Part shown: positions 16,393-32,116 of the stretch, piece by piece
Layout of the letters: each line of letters starts with the position of its first letter
How positions within the stretch are numbered: position 1 is the stretch's first letter
Assembly: GCF_009914755.1 (NCBI RefSeq)
Contig: NC_060940.1
Direction: 5' to 3' (one strand)
DNA length: 64,000 bases
Origin: the human T2T-CHM13v2.0 reference genome, Homo sapiens
The notes under the pieces: model-generated
What the model was told of the DNA's origin: nothing
Seen by the model: the letters and a program-made list of their open reading frames with translations, nothing else
Database searches by the model: none
Program-made: the position numbers and the translations under genes

Positions 16393-16761
16393 CGTATTAG
16401 TCTGTTTTCACGCTGCTGATAAAGACATACCCAAGACTGGGTAATTTATAAAGAAAAAGAGGTTTAATGGACTCACAGTTTGATGTGGCTGGGGAGGCCT
16501 CACAATCATGGTGAAAGGCAGAAAGCAAAGGGCACATCTTACATGGCGGCAGACAAAAGACAATGAGAACCAAGTGAAAGGGGTTTCTCCTTATAAAACC
16601 ATCAGATCTCGTGAGACTCATTCACTACCACAAGAACAGTATAGGGAAAACCACCCCCATGATTCAGTTATCTCCCACAGGCTCCCTCCCACAACACGTG
16701 GGAACTATGGGAGCTACAATCCCAGATGAGATTTGGGTGGGGACACAGCCAAACCATATCA
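16393..16761 (-). mobile_element. THE1 (MaLR) solo LTR with 5-bp TSD TACAT
   Basis: Reverse-complement THE1 termini. TACAT at 16388-16392 and 16762-16766. Interrupts an L1M 3' end. Confidence 0.93.
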
Positions 16762-16809
16762 TACATGTCATGTGATGTGTATTTATTACAATAAAAAATT
16801 AATTTAAAA

Positions 16810-17865
<1,056 letters not shown>

Positions 17866-20652
17866 TAAGTACATTATTTAAAAATGGCAGAGTAAGGAAC
17901 TCCAAGGATCAGTTCCTCCACTAAAGCAAACATTAAGCTGGAAGAAAGTGTCAAAAGAAACTTTTTTGGAACCTGAAATCTAATCAAAACCCTTTAGCAA
18001 CCAGAAAAGGCTGCTAATTCTTGGTAAGAAAATACTGTAGCATTTTTGCTTACTTGCCTACCATCTCACATTCATCAGCTTAGTCGTGGCTATGAGTACA
18101 GTAGCCTGCATTCTTGGCATGGCTTGCTGGTACCAGAAAGAACAACACAAGCCTTGGTCTCAAAGAATTGTGTTTCTACATTTTGATCTGTTTGGCATCT
18201 CCCTAAAGGATCCACTCAGGTGCTTGCCTTTGTTTTGCCCTCCCACTTCCCCTGAACTCTAGGCTGGAGCAGCTTCCCAGGCAATGTCTGTTGACAAACT
18301 TTAAAGACACACACTACCCATGTGGGGCAAAGGATGACAGACAAAGCAAAAAGCAGAGACCGACCAAAAAGCTGGAGAAGAAAAAGACTAAGGAGGAATG
18401 TATATGGGGGAATAAGGGCTTTGAAAAGCTTCCGTGTATACCAGGGAATCTAGAATATAACACATATGCCCAGGGCTGAAGTCATGCACAGAAATGATAT
18501 GAGATGATCCTAGGCTTGCACCTCTGGCTAATTGGGCTCTGCACAAGCAGAGGTGAAGGCTAAGACAGAATTGTAGTCTGCCTGGCTAAGTGTAAAGGAG
18601 TATCCCAGCTCAGAGCCAATTTACAAAGACTAGGGGAGTATCTTTTATTTTGTTTTTCTTTTTGGCTGCAGGTATATAAGGAAACCTCTTACAGATCACT
18701 GACCAACTGCTGAGATAACAGAATGGAGATTTCAGTGAACATACACAAAAAGGGATATAGTCTTTGCAAAAATAGTTTGGAAAAGTCACTAAGTAAATGA
18801 ATGGCTGAAGCTCACAGCAAATGACAAAAGCAAGCCTTGTGGACAGGGGAAGGGAGAATGTGATTTCTAGAATTATCACATTGTAACATTCAAAATGCCA
18901 AGTTTCCAACAAAAACCTATAACGTATACAAAGAAACAGGAACACCCAGCCCATTCACGGGGGAAAAATGGATAGAAAATGTCCCTAAAAAAGTCCAGAC
19001 ATTGGAGCTGCTAGACAAAGACATTAAATCAATTGTCTTAAATATGCTCAAAAAGCTAAAGGAAACCATGAGTGAAGAACTAAGTTAAACCAGAACTACG
19101 TGTGAACAAGTAGATAATATCAATAAGAGCTAGACATTATTTAAAATAACCAAATAGAAATTTTGGACCTGAAAAATATAATAGCCAAAATGAAAAATTT
19201 ATTAGAGAGCTCCAACACCAGATTTGAGTAGGCAGAAGAAAGAATCAATAAGCTTGAAGCTAGGTAAATTGAAATAATCCAGTCTGAGGAGCATAAAGTA
19301 AAAAGGAATAAAAATAAACAGAGCCTGAGAGACCTGTGAGACAACAGAGCGAGACTCCATCTCAAAAAAAAAAAAAAGGTATAAACATATGCATTATGTG
19401 AATCCCAGAAGGAGGAGAAAGAAAGGACCAGAAAGAATATTTGAATAAAGGCCAAACATTTCCAAAATTTGATGAAAGGTATGAGTATATACATCCAAGA
19501 AGCTCAGTGAACTCCAACTAGGATAAAACCAAAGGAATCTACACCAAGACACATTATAATCAAACTGTTGAAAGACAAAGACAAATCGAGAATCTGGAGA
19601 CTAGCAAGAGAGAAGTAACTTGTCACATACAAGGGGTCCTCAACAAGATTAATGACCAAAGTCTCATCAGAAGCCACAAGGCCAGAAGACAGAAGGATGA
19701 TATATTTAAAGTGCTGAAGGAAAAAACCCTGCCAACTGAGAATTCTTTATCTGGCACAACTATCTTTCCAAAATGATTAAGAAATTAAAACATTCAAAGA
19801 TTGCAAAAAAAAAAGGTGAAGTATTTCATCACTAGGAGGCTTTCCCTATGAAAAACACTAAAGGGAGTCTTTCAGGCTGAGATGAAAGGACACTAGGCAG
19901 TAAATCAAAGCCATATGAATAAATACAGAACACTAGTAAAGGTAAATATAAAAACTAGTATAATTATATTTTTGGCTTATGACTCCTCTTTTTGTTTCCT
20001 ATATTATTTAAAAGATACATACATAAAAATAATTATAAATCTATGCTAATGAGCACATGCCACATAAAGATGTAGTTTGTGATAATGACAACAAAAGAGG
20101 GGGAGGGATAGGAGTAGAATAGAGTAGAGGGAGCTGTATAGGAGTAGAGTTTTTGTATTGCTATTTAAACCAAGTTGTTATCAATTCATACTATATTGTT
20201 ATAAATTTCCTGTGAAGTGTAAACCTCAAGGTAACCACTAAGAAAATAACTAAAAATATACAGAAAAGAAATGAGGAGGCTATCAAAATGGTGCACTAGA
20301 AGAAAATCAATCAATACAAGAGAAGGAGGTAATGAGGGAATTGAATAACAAAAGAAAATTTGATATAAATGAAATGAATAGCAAAATGCAGTGGTAAGCC
20401 TTTTATCATGAATCACTTTAAATGTAAGTAGATTAAATTCACTGATTAGAAGACAGAATGGATTGACAGAAGGAATTAAAAAACATGATCCAACTACATG
20501 CTGTCTACAAGAGACTCACTTTATATCCAAAGACACAAATAAGTTAAAAGTGAAAGGATGGAAAAAGATATTCTATGAAAATAGAAACCAAGAGAGAGCT
20601 GAGGTGGCTATACTAATGTCAGATAAAATGAGTCTTAAGTAAAAAATTGTTA

Positions 20653-21027
<375 letters not shown>

Positions 21028-22391
21028 CTAAACATCAGAGCCCAAAAATATATGAAGCAAATATTGACAGAACTGAATAGAGGAATAGACAGTTCTACAA
21101 TAATAGTTGGAGACCATCTAGACAGAAGACTAAGAAAGTAGGGGACTTGTACAACTATAAACCAACCAGAGCTAATAGACACACATAGAACACTCCACCC
21201 AACAATAACAGTGACCACAAAGTGCACATGGAACATTCTCCAGGACTGACTATATGTTAAGCCACAAAACAAGTCTTGATAAATTTTAAAAGATTGAAAT
21301 CATATGAAGTGTCTTCTCTGATCACAATGAAGTTAGGTATCAATAGCAGAAGGAAAACTGGAAAATTTACAATTATGTGGAAATTAAATAGCATATTTTT
21401 AAACAGTCATCATGTCAATGAAGAAATCACAAGGAAATTAGAAAATACTTAGAGACAAATGAAAATGAAAGCACCAAAAACACACCCAGAATTATGGGAT
21501 GTAGCAAAAGCAGTGCTAACAGGGAAATGTGTAGCCCTACATGCCTTCATTAAAAAAAAACAACAAATAAGATCACAAATCATAACCTAACTTTACTTTT
21601 AAAGGAACTAAAAAAAGAAGGACAAATGAAACCCAAAGGTAGCAGAAGGAAGGAAATAATAAAGATTAGAGTGCAAACAAGCAAAATAAAGAATACAAAA
21701 TCAATAGAGATGAAAGAAACCAAGAGTCGTTTCTTCAAAAAGATTGACAAAATTGACAAGCCTTTAGTTGGACTAAGCAAAAGAAACAATACAAATCACT
21801 AAAATCAGAAATGGAAGTGGGAATATTACTACAAATCATACAGAAATAAAAAGGATCATAAGGGAGTACTGTGAATGACTGTATGCCAACAAATTAGATA
21901 ATAATAGTTGTCAACTTAAATATTAAAGTTTGGTAACACAAACTGCCAAAACTGACTCAAGAAGAAATAGAAAATCTTAATAAACATACAACAAGTAAAG
22001 AGTTGAATCAAAAACCTCCCAATGAAGAAAAGTCCAGAGTCAGATGGCTACACTGGTGAATTCCACTAAACATTGGAAGAAGAATTAACATCAGTTCTTC
22101 TCAAACTCCTCCACAAAACAGGAGAGAAATCCAGACAAGAGAACCACAAGAAAACAAAACTACAGACTAATATTCCTTATGAATATAGATATAAAATTTC
22201 ACAAAAATACAAGCAAACTAATTCTACAGCACATTAAAAGGATTATACAGTGTGACCAAAAAGGATTTATCCCAGGAATGCAAGGGTGGTTCAACATAAG
22301 AAAATTAATCAATACAATACATAACATTAATAGAATAAGAAAACCCACACGATCATCCAAATTGATGCAGAAAAGCATTTGACAAAATTTA

Positions 22392-22820
<429 letters not shown>

Positions 22821-23522
22821 CCCGCAGCTAACAAGCTAACATCACACTAAATCAGTGAAAGACTGAAAACTTTTCCACCAAGATCAGGAAAGAGGATGCC
22901 CACTTTCACCACTGGTATTCAACATTGCACTGAAAGTTTTAACCAGAACAATTCAGCAAGAAAAAGAAATAAAAGGCATTCAAATGGGAAAAGGAAAGAG
23001 TAAAAACTACTGTTATTCGCAGATGACATGATCATATATATGGAAAATTCTAAAGAACGCACAAAGAAATTATTAGAGCTAATAAATTCAGCCAAGTGAC
23101 AGGGTATAAGATCAACATACAAAAATAAATTGTGTTTGTATATACTAGCAATAAACAACCCCAAAAGGAAATTAAATAAATTCTATTTATAATAGCATCA
23201 AAAATAATAAAATACTTAAGAATAAATTTAACCAAGGAGGTGCAAGATTTGTACACTGAACACTATAAAATATTGCTGAAAAAATTAGAAAAGACCTAAA
23301 TAAAGTTTTTTAAATTCTATGTTAATGTAATGGAAGATTTAACATTGCACTCCTCAAAGTAATTTATAGATTTAATGCAATTCCTATAAAAGTCCCAATG
23401 GCCTTTTTTAAAAAATGGAAAAACTGATCCTAAAAATCATGTGAAATTTCAAGGGACCCAGAAAAGCCAAAACAATAAAGTTGGAGGACTCAAATTCCCA
23501 TTTTTAAAATTTACTGCAGAGC

Positions 23523-23608
23523 CAAGATTGTGCCATTGCATTCCAGCCTGGGCAACAAGAGCGAAACTCTGTCTCAAAACAACACAAAAACAAAAACAAA
23601 ACAAAACA
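23523..23608 (+). mobile_element. Heavily 5'-truncated Alu with 16-bp TSD
   Basis: TSD AAA(T/C)TTACTGCAGAGC at 23507-23522 and 23609-23624. Confidence 0.9.
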
Positions 23609-23890
23609 AAACTTACTGCAGAGCTACAGTAATCAAAACAGTGTGATAATCCTGGCACAAGGCTAGACATATAGATCAATGGAATTGAACTTAGAGTTCA
23701 GAAATAAACCCATGAATCTATAGTCAATTTTTTTTCATTTTTTTTGCATTAAAGCACACTATCAACAAAGTGAAAAGACAGCCACAGAATGGGAAAAATA
23801 TTTGTAATTCATATATCTGATAAAGGTGAGTTTCCAGAATATACAAAGAACTCTTAAAATTCAACAACAAATGATGAACAATCAAATTTA

Positions 23891-24208
<318 letters not shown>

Positions 24209-24388
24209 TTTGGCAAGGGACTTCAATAGACATTACTCCAAACAAGATATGCAAATGACTACCAAGCACATGAAAAGATGCTTACCATCATTAGCCATTA
24301 GGGAAATGCAAATCAAAACCACAATGAGATACCACTTCACATCCGCTAGGATGGCTATAATAAAAACCAACAGAAAATACATATTGTC

Positions 24389-24815
<427 letters not shown>

Positions 24816-25056
24816 TTAAACTTATTTAAAAGTTAATAAGTTAAACTACCTTTAACTCAACAAGTCTCCTTCTGGGTATATATCCAAAAGATTTGAAAAT
24901 GCATGTCTACACAAAGACTCGCATGCAAGTGTTCATAGCATGCTTGTTTGTAGTAAAGGAAAAAGTGGACATACTCCAAATGTCCATCATCTCATGAAAG
25001 GATAAATGAATGTGGCATATCTATGCAATGTAATATTCTTCAGCAATAAAAATCAA

Positions 25057-25493
<437 letters not shown>

Positions 25494-26844
25494 TGAACCC
25501 CAAACACGCGATGCTGAAAGAAACTAAACACAAAAGACAACATATTGATATGAGATGCCTAGGAAAAAAAAAAAGCAAAATCAGTAGAGGCATAAAGTAG
25601 ACGAGTGGCCCTGGGAATGGGAATGGAGATTGACTATAAGCAGGCACAAGGAACCTTTCAGGAGTGATGGGATTGTTTTAAAATTGGATCGTGGTTATAA
25701 TTGCACAATTCGATAAATTCACTAAAAATCATTGAACTGTACATTTACAGTGGCTTGATTTTATGTTATGTAAAACATAGCTAAATAAAGCTCTTAAAAT
25801 AAAAATAAAAAAGAGGAAATGGGTTGAGGGAGGGGGTGTGTCAATTATTTTTTCCCAGGAGGCCCCTTGGCTGAAATGCAAATGTGACCACTTCCTCCCC
25901 GCTGACCAGCTATCAGCACTGAGGCATGGTTGGAGGGCCGCTGAGATCCTATGGTACCTTCCTTCCAAGGGTATAGAGGCCATACTTATGAGACATTTAC
26001 AGACCCAGAGGAACCCCTCAAGGGACCACATGTCTATTTCTGAGGGGACTCATGTTTACCCCAGTGGACATGGGCCTGGCAGCTCCAAATGCATCTACTT
26101 TTTAAGCACCAAGGGACTGTGACCCCTGCTGATCCCACCCATTCCCCAACTCCTGGCCTGAACTGAAAATGTAAACTGGATTAAGCCACTCTTAAGATGA
26201 AACCCTCCAATGATGACTTCCCATTTCCTTTGGAACAATCTACCTTCCTCACCCAAAACCGTGAGGTCCCATGTGGTGTAGATGTGTGATTTCCGTGCCT
26301 TCACCTTCTACTATTCCTCCATTTGCTCACTGTATTACGCCATGCTGTTCTCAAGTTCCTGGAGCCAGCCACATTCTTTCCTACCTCAGTGCCTTTGCAC
26401 TTGCAGATCCTTCTGCCGATAATGTTCTTCCCATGGCTGGGCACTTCTTAGCACCTAGTGTACCCCCAAATGTCACAACCTTGATCTCTCATTGGTTTTC
26501 TATGACATTTAGTACAGTTTACATTGAGTTTGTCTGTTACTTCTTTTTGTCTAACTCTCCCTACTAGAATATAGGCTCCATGGGGGCTGTCACTGTGTGT
26601 ATATTTCTGTGGGCTAGCCCCAGGATGTAGCCAAGCTGCGTGATTTTGGACAAGTCACTTAACCTCTCTGAGCCTGCTCAATAAATATTAGGGGGAGGAA
26701 GCAAGGAATGGCTGGGTGGGTGGGTGCAGAGAAGAATGAATGGGTGGATAGGTAGGTGGGTGGGTAGAAAGCAGGTAGATAAAGAAGGCAGGCAGGAGGG
26801 AGGGAGGAGAAATTGAATATCCTTGTTTTCATACACACCCCAGA

Positions 26845-26990
26845 GCAGTGTAGTGAGTTAAGAGTGCGGGCTCTGGAGCCCAAATGACTGAGTTCAAATC
26901 CCAACTCTGGCACTCATCAGCTGTGTGACCTTGGACAAGTCACTTAACCTCTCTGAGCCTCAGTTTCCTCATCTGTAAAACAGGGACGAT
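26845..26990 (+). mobile_element. MIR
   Basis: GTTCAAATCCCAACTCTG ... GTGTGACCTTGGACAAGTCACTTAACCTCTCTGAGCCTCAGTTTCCTCATCTGTAAAA core. Confidence 0.9.
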
Positions 26991-27029
26991 GATGATGATG
27001 ATGATAACTATCTTCTAGACTCATTCTTT

Positions 27030-27361
<332 letters not shown>

Positions 27362-28031
27362 TGAGAGGGTGCATCTTTAAAGTCCTTAAAACCCTGGCAC
27401 ACAATGAGCTTTCAGCAAATATTAGCTCTTTTTACTGTCTCTTCTCCTGATCTTTCAACCACTACAAATTTCAGTGCATGTTATCAGAGAATTCACCCCG
27501 AAGATCAAGAGAAAGAAAAACAAAAGCTGGTGTCTTCCCAAGGTTCGTTCTCCAGAGAACACGACACACTTCGGTAGCTGGGAAGAGCTCTACAGGGCCA
27601 GGATCCCTCAAATCAACCACAGGGGAATTTGTACCAAGTTCCTCAAAAACAGCTAGAAAAAAAAAGAAAGAAAGAATAGCAAGACGCTTTCTCTTTTTTC
27701 TCTGGAGTGGTCACGAAAGTCAACAGCAAGTTGATTCCCAAAAATGAGTCAGCAGGGAGAGCTACAAATTGCATCTTGTTATCAAAACAGCATAAAATAG
27801 CCTCCCCCAACTGTGGGACATTTCATCCTGGTATGGCCCCGTTTTCACAGCCTGGTATAAGCTTAGGAATCAAACACACCCAGGTTCAAATCCCAGCTCT
27901 AATTCTTCTTGGCTTGTGTGACGTTTCACTCCTCTGGGCCTCAGTCTCTCCATCTGTAAAATGGGACTAATCTTGTCTGCCTCACACTTTGTGGGATAAA
28001 GTGAGATCATGTAGGCACCAAAGTAATTCGA

Positions 28032-28083
28032 GGTGGTGGTGATGGCAGTGGTAGTGGTGGTGGTGGTAGCGGTGGTGGTGGTA
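28032..28083. repeat. Imperfect (GGT)n trinucleotide repeat ~0.85 kb upstream of the promoter
   Basis: GGTGGTGGTGATGGCAGTGGTAGTGGTGGTGGTGGTAGCGGTGGTGGTGGTA. Confidence 0.9.
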
Positions 28084-28819
28084 GCAATTCTCTTGCTCTC
28101 CTTTGGAGACTGCACTAGGCATTAAGCTTGTTACATTTTGTCTCCTGGTTTCTTGAATGTCTTCCAGAAACATCTGACCCTCTCATGGGCCTCTGGCATG
28201 TTAGCAAGATGAAAACTCTCTTGAGAATTTCTTTTCTCTATTTTCTTCTTGAATTCTCATGTGTTAATGTCTGCCCTCTTCCTCATAGCTAGGTGCCCCC
28301 ATTTGACAGATGGGCAAAGTGAGGCATTCAGAGAGGTGATGTGACGTGCCCAAGGGGTCCTGCTCCCTGGAGCTCTGCAGCAGGAGACTGGATCCAAAGG
28401 AAATGGAGGCAGAGAGGCATGGGGGTCAAGCCAGAGCAGAGGGTCCCAAGCTCAGACCCTATTAGGCAGGTAAGGCTCAGGAATAAGAAACAGGCTGGTT
28501 TGCAAAGTCTGAAAAAGGGGCTTCCGTGGGACCTTGGGCAAGGTTCTGGTCCTTCTCTCTGTGCTGAGGGGCTGGAGTCGGCCACTGAGGACTCTGGGTC
28601 CACGGGTGAAACTGTGCCACATCTTCACACCTCTGGCCTCAGTTTCCATATCTGTGCAATGTGGTGGCTCCAGGAGGCACTGCCTGCCTCATGGGTTATG
28701 ACTGAGAGGCCTGTGGGGATGATGTCACAGGTCCCTAAGAGGGAAGTGTCACCCCGATGGCCCCAAATGTCTTACTTGCAGGTGACCTTTGGTGACAGTG
28801 GGTGCCTGCTGTGGGGCCA

Positions 28820-28920
28820 GGCCCCCTCCCACCTCTTTCTCACTCCCTCCCAGGAGGAGCCCAGCTGCGGGTGGGCGGGGCTGGCGGGGAGCGGCTCACC
28901 ACATCCTCCTCTTCCTCCCC
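28820..28920 (+). promoter_or_regulatory. IL21R: IL21R TATA-less proximal promoter with Sp1 GC box
   Basis: TGGGCGGGGC 28872-28881 and RUNX-type ACCACA 28898-28903 just upstream of exon 1a. Sp1 dependence of this promoter in T cells is known. Confidence 0.75.
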
Positions 28921-29365
28921 ACTCTGCACATGCGGCTGGGTGGCAGCCAGCGGCCTCAGACAGACCCACTGGCGTCTCTCTGCTGAGTGACCGTAAGCTC
29001 GGCGTCTGGCCCTCTGCCTGCCTCTCCCTGAGTGTGGCTGACAGCCACGCAGCTGTGTCTGTCTGTCTGCGGCCCGTGCATCCCTGCTGCGGCCGCCTGG
29101 TACCTTCCTTGCCGTCTCTTTCCTCTGTCTGCTGCTCTGTGGGACACCTGCCTGGAGGCCCAGCTGCCCGTCATCAGAGTGACAGGTCTTATGACAGCCT
29201 GATTGGTGACTCGGGCTGGGTGTGGATTCTCACCCCAGGCCTCTGCCTGCTTTCTCAGACCCTCATCTGTCACCCCCACGCTGAACCCAGCTGCCACCCC
29301 CAGAAGCCCATCAGACTGCCCCCAGCACACGGAATGGATTTCTGAGAAAGAAGCCGAAACAGAAG
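28901..29365 (+). other. IL21R: IL21R non-coding first exon 1a (5' end approximate)
   Basis: Unique GC-rich sequence after a GC box, ending ACAGAAG|GTAATT. The join GAAACAGAAG-GCCCGTGGGAGTCAGCATG matches the IL21R 5'UTR as I recall it. Confidence 0.85.
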
Positions 29366-29917
29366 GTAATTCCAGCCCTGGTTTTCTGCTGGGACCAGGG
29401 TGCCTTCTCTGCCCAGGAGGGACTGTTCCCTGCCTGCTGCATCTAGTGTCACAGTGGGAGGGCTCGGAGGACTGTGCCCAAGTCACAATTGGGGACACTG
29501 AGGCAAAGAAGATTCATGCAGTGAGGCTGGGCAGAAATGAGGTTGGGGTCTCTTGTTCAGCACAGCTTAGGGGCCCAGCAGCAGGGATGTGGCTGAGACG
29601 ACCCTCTATCTTGAAAACCAGCCTCCAAAATGTAGCGGGCTGGGGAAGGAAAGCCAGTTTCAAGCCAAACATAACATGTCAATCACCCGATTCTGGGCGG
29701 CTGAGTCGGGAGGTGACGGGCATGGGTGTAGAGCCTGATGGGACCCATTCTGTGTCAGTTTCTATGTCTTACCACCTTGATTCCACCCAGTCATTCAAAA
29801 CAATGGCTGGTGTGCCCATTTCGCAGATGAGGCAATGAGGCTGCGAGAGGTAGAGTGATTTTCCCTCGGTGACTCAACTGGGACGTAGCAGGTCGGGCAG
29901 TCAAGCCAGGTGACCCC

Positions 29918-29967
29918 ATGAGCTGTCGCTGCATCTTTCTCATGAAGCACGGGGAACGGGTCGGATG
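29918..29967 (+). CDS. IL21R: IL21R alternative first exon 1b, coding part (adds MSCRCIFLMKHGERVGWPVGVS before the canonical Met)
   Basis: ATG 29918 is open to donor TG|GTAAGA at 29968. 50 nt plus the 16 UTR nt of exon 2 give 22 in-frame codons, consistent with the longer annotated isoform as recalled. Confidence 0.8.
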
Positions 29968-31678
29968 GTAAGAGGCCAACCCAGTTCCCTGTGCATGTGG
30001 AGGAGAGGAGGGTGGGGAGGTCAGTGGAGGCTGAGCCTTGAAGGATGGGAAAGGAAGAACATTCCTGGTGGAGGAGCCCTGGGGAGCGGGAACTTAGGAC
30101 TTGCCGCAGGAATGACGTCTCTGCTCAGTGAAGGCAGAAGACCAGGTGCGGGACATTCAAAGCCAGGAGGCTGCTGCGAGGAGGACATCTGTGATTCCCT
30201 GGGGGGAGAGTGGGGCTTTCAGAAGCACATGGTGGAGTCGGGGAAAACCTGCCAGGTCAAAACCCCGCCACGCGCCTTCCTCACTCGGTGAACTTGGGCA
30301 AGTCTCTCTGCTTCTAGCCTTGAGAAGCCATGGTTTTCTCATCTATGAAATGGGGACCAAGGTACCCCCATCCTGGTGGAGCTAGTTGTGGGGACCTCAG
30401 GGCCGAACAGGGTGAAAGCTGTGCTCCTAATGGCCCTTTTCCTTTGAGGAAGAGAGTTTGTGGCATGAGAAGCTTTGAGCCCATGGAGACGGGCCCGACT
30501 CCAAGAGTGACAGAGGGGGAGCGACACACTCAGGCTGCTGTGGTCCTGCCTGGCCAGCCACCTGGCTCTGGCCCCCCCAGTGCCAACTCACCATGTTGTA
30601 GGCACTTAAGCGTCTCCCATAGTCCTCAACAGGTGAAGCGGGCAGCCTCATTCAGCCCATTTCACAGATGACAAGAGTGAGGCTTAGTGGGGACAACCTT
30701 GCCCCAGGTTAACTGTGACCAGATGACATGGAGCTGGGATTGGATGCCAGTCTGTAGGACAAGGCCACCACCTGCTAGATAGAATAACATGAAAACAAGA
30801 CTCATGGGCTTGGGTAGCTTCTGGGAAGCAGCATTGGATGGGGATGGCGGAGTATTCATTCCCACGAGGACAGGCAACCCCCAGAGGAGAGGCCCTGCTC
30901 ACCTGCTCCCCACCGTGGGCTCAGCGATGCCCCTGTCCTGCCCGCTCCTCTGCCAGGAGGGTGTCCGGATCCTTACTCAGTCCCACAGTGGAGGTAGCTA
31001 AAAGCCCTTGTGATAGGAGGAGGCAGAATCCAGGACCAGGAGAGGTGGGGAGAGCAAGGCAAAGACAGCTCTGAGCTCAGACTGCAGGCTCCCACTGCCC
31101 AGCGTTCCTGGTTTCAGGCTAGGAGAAGAAACTGGGAGGTGGGGATTAGAGCCAGTAAGGGGCTTGTGGGCAGTAGAGTAGGGGGTGGATACCAGAGGAG
31201 GAGGCCCATTCAAGAGAAAGCCAGCCACCAGAAGTTCTGGGAGGAACCCACCTCTTTGTAGCATCAGGACAACCCAGGTGCCTGATAAATAAATGAATGA
31301 AAGGAACGGGGTATCCGTTCCTTCCACAGCCAGAGAGGGAAGCTAGCGCCTTCAGCATCCTCACAGGCAGGCACAGGGGCCTTCTCCACACAACTAGGAA
31401 GGGGTGCCTGCGGTTAGATGGGGGAACTGGAACTGGCTTCCCAGCACACCACCCCTTGTGACTTTGAGCTGTGGAACTGGCCAGACCTGGGTTCAAGTCC
31501 ACCGCTTAGTACCTGTGTGACCTTGAGGAAGCCACCTAACCTTTCTGCAGCTCAGTTGCTGCATCTGTAAGAGTGGAAATAGGAATAAGAATGCCTGTCT
31601 TAGGTCTGTGGTGAGGATTTACTCAACCTATTCTTTATGGAACATCTACCATGGCCCAGGCACCTCCCTAGGTCCTGA

Positions 31679-32116
<438 letters not shown>

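Noticed and set aside
27870-28173. Poly-Thr / poly-His ORFs
   Set aside because: Translations of the (GGT)n microsatellite.
28341-29345. 334-aa + strand ORF across the promoter and exon 1a
   Set aside because: GTG start, begins in MIR-derived sequence upstream of the TSS, low-complexity composition and no recognisable domain. Long open frames are expected in GC-rich DNA.
29203-29838. 211-aa ORF crossing the exon 1a donor
   Set aside because: Non-ATG start, runs through a splice donor into the intron, no recognisable homology.
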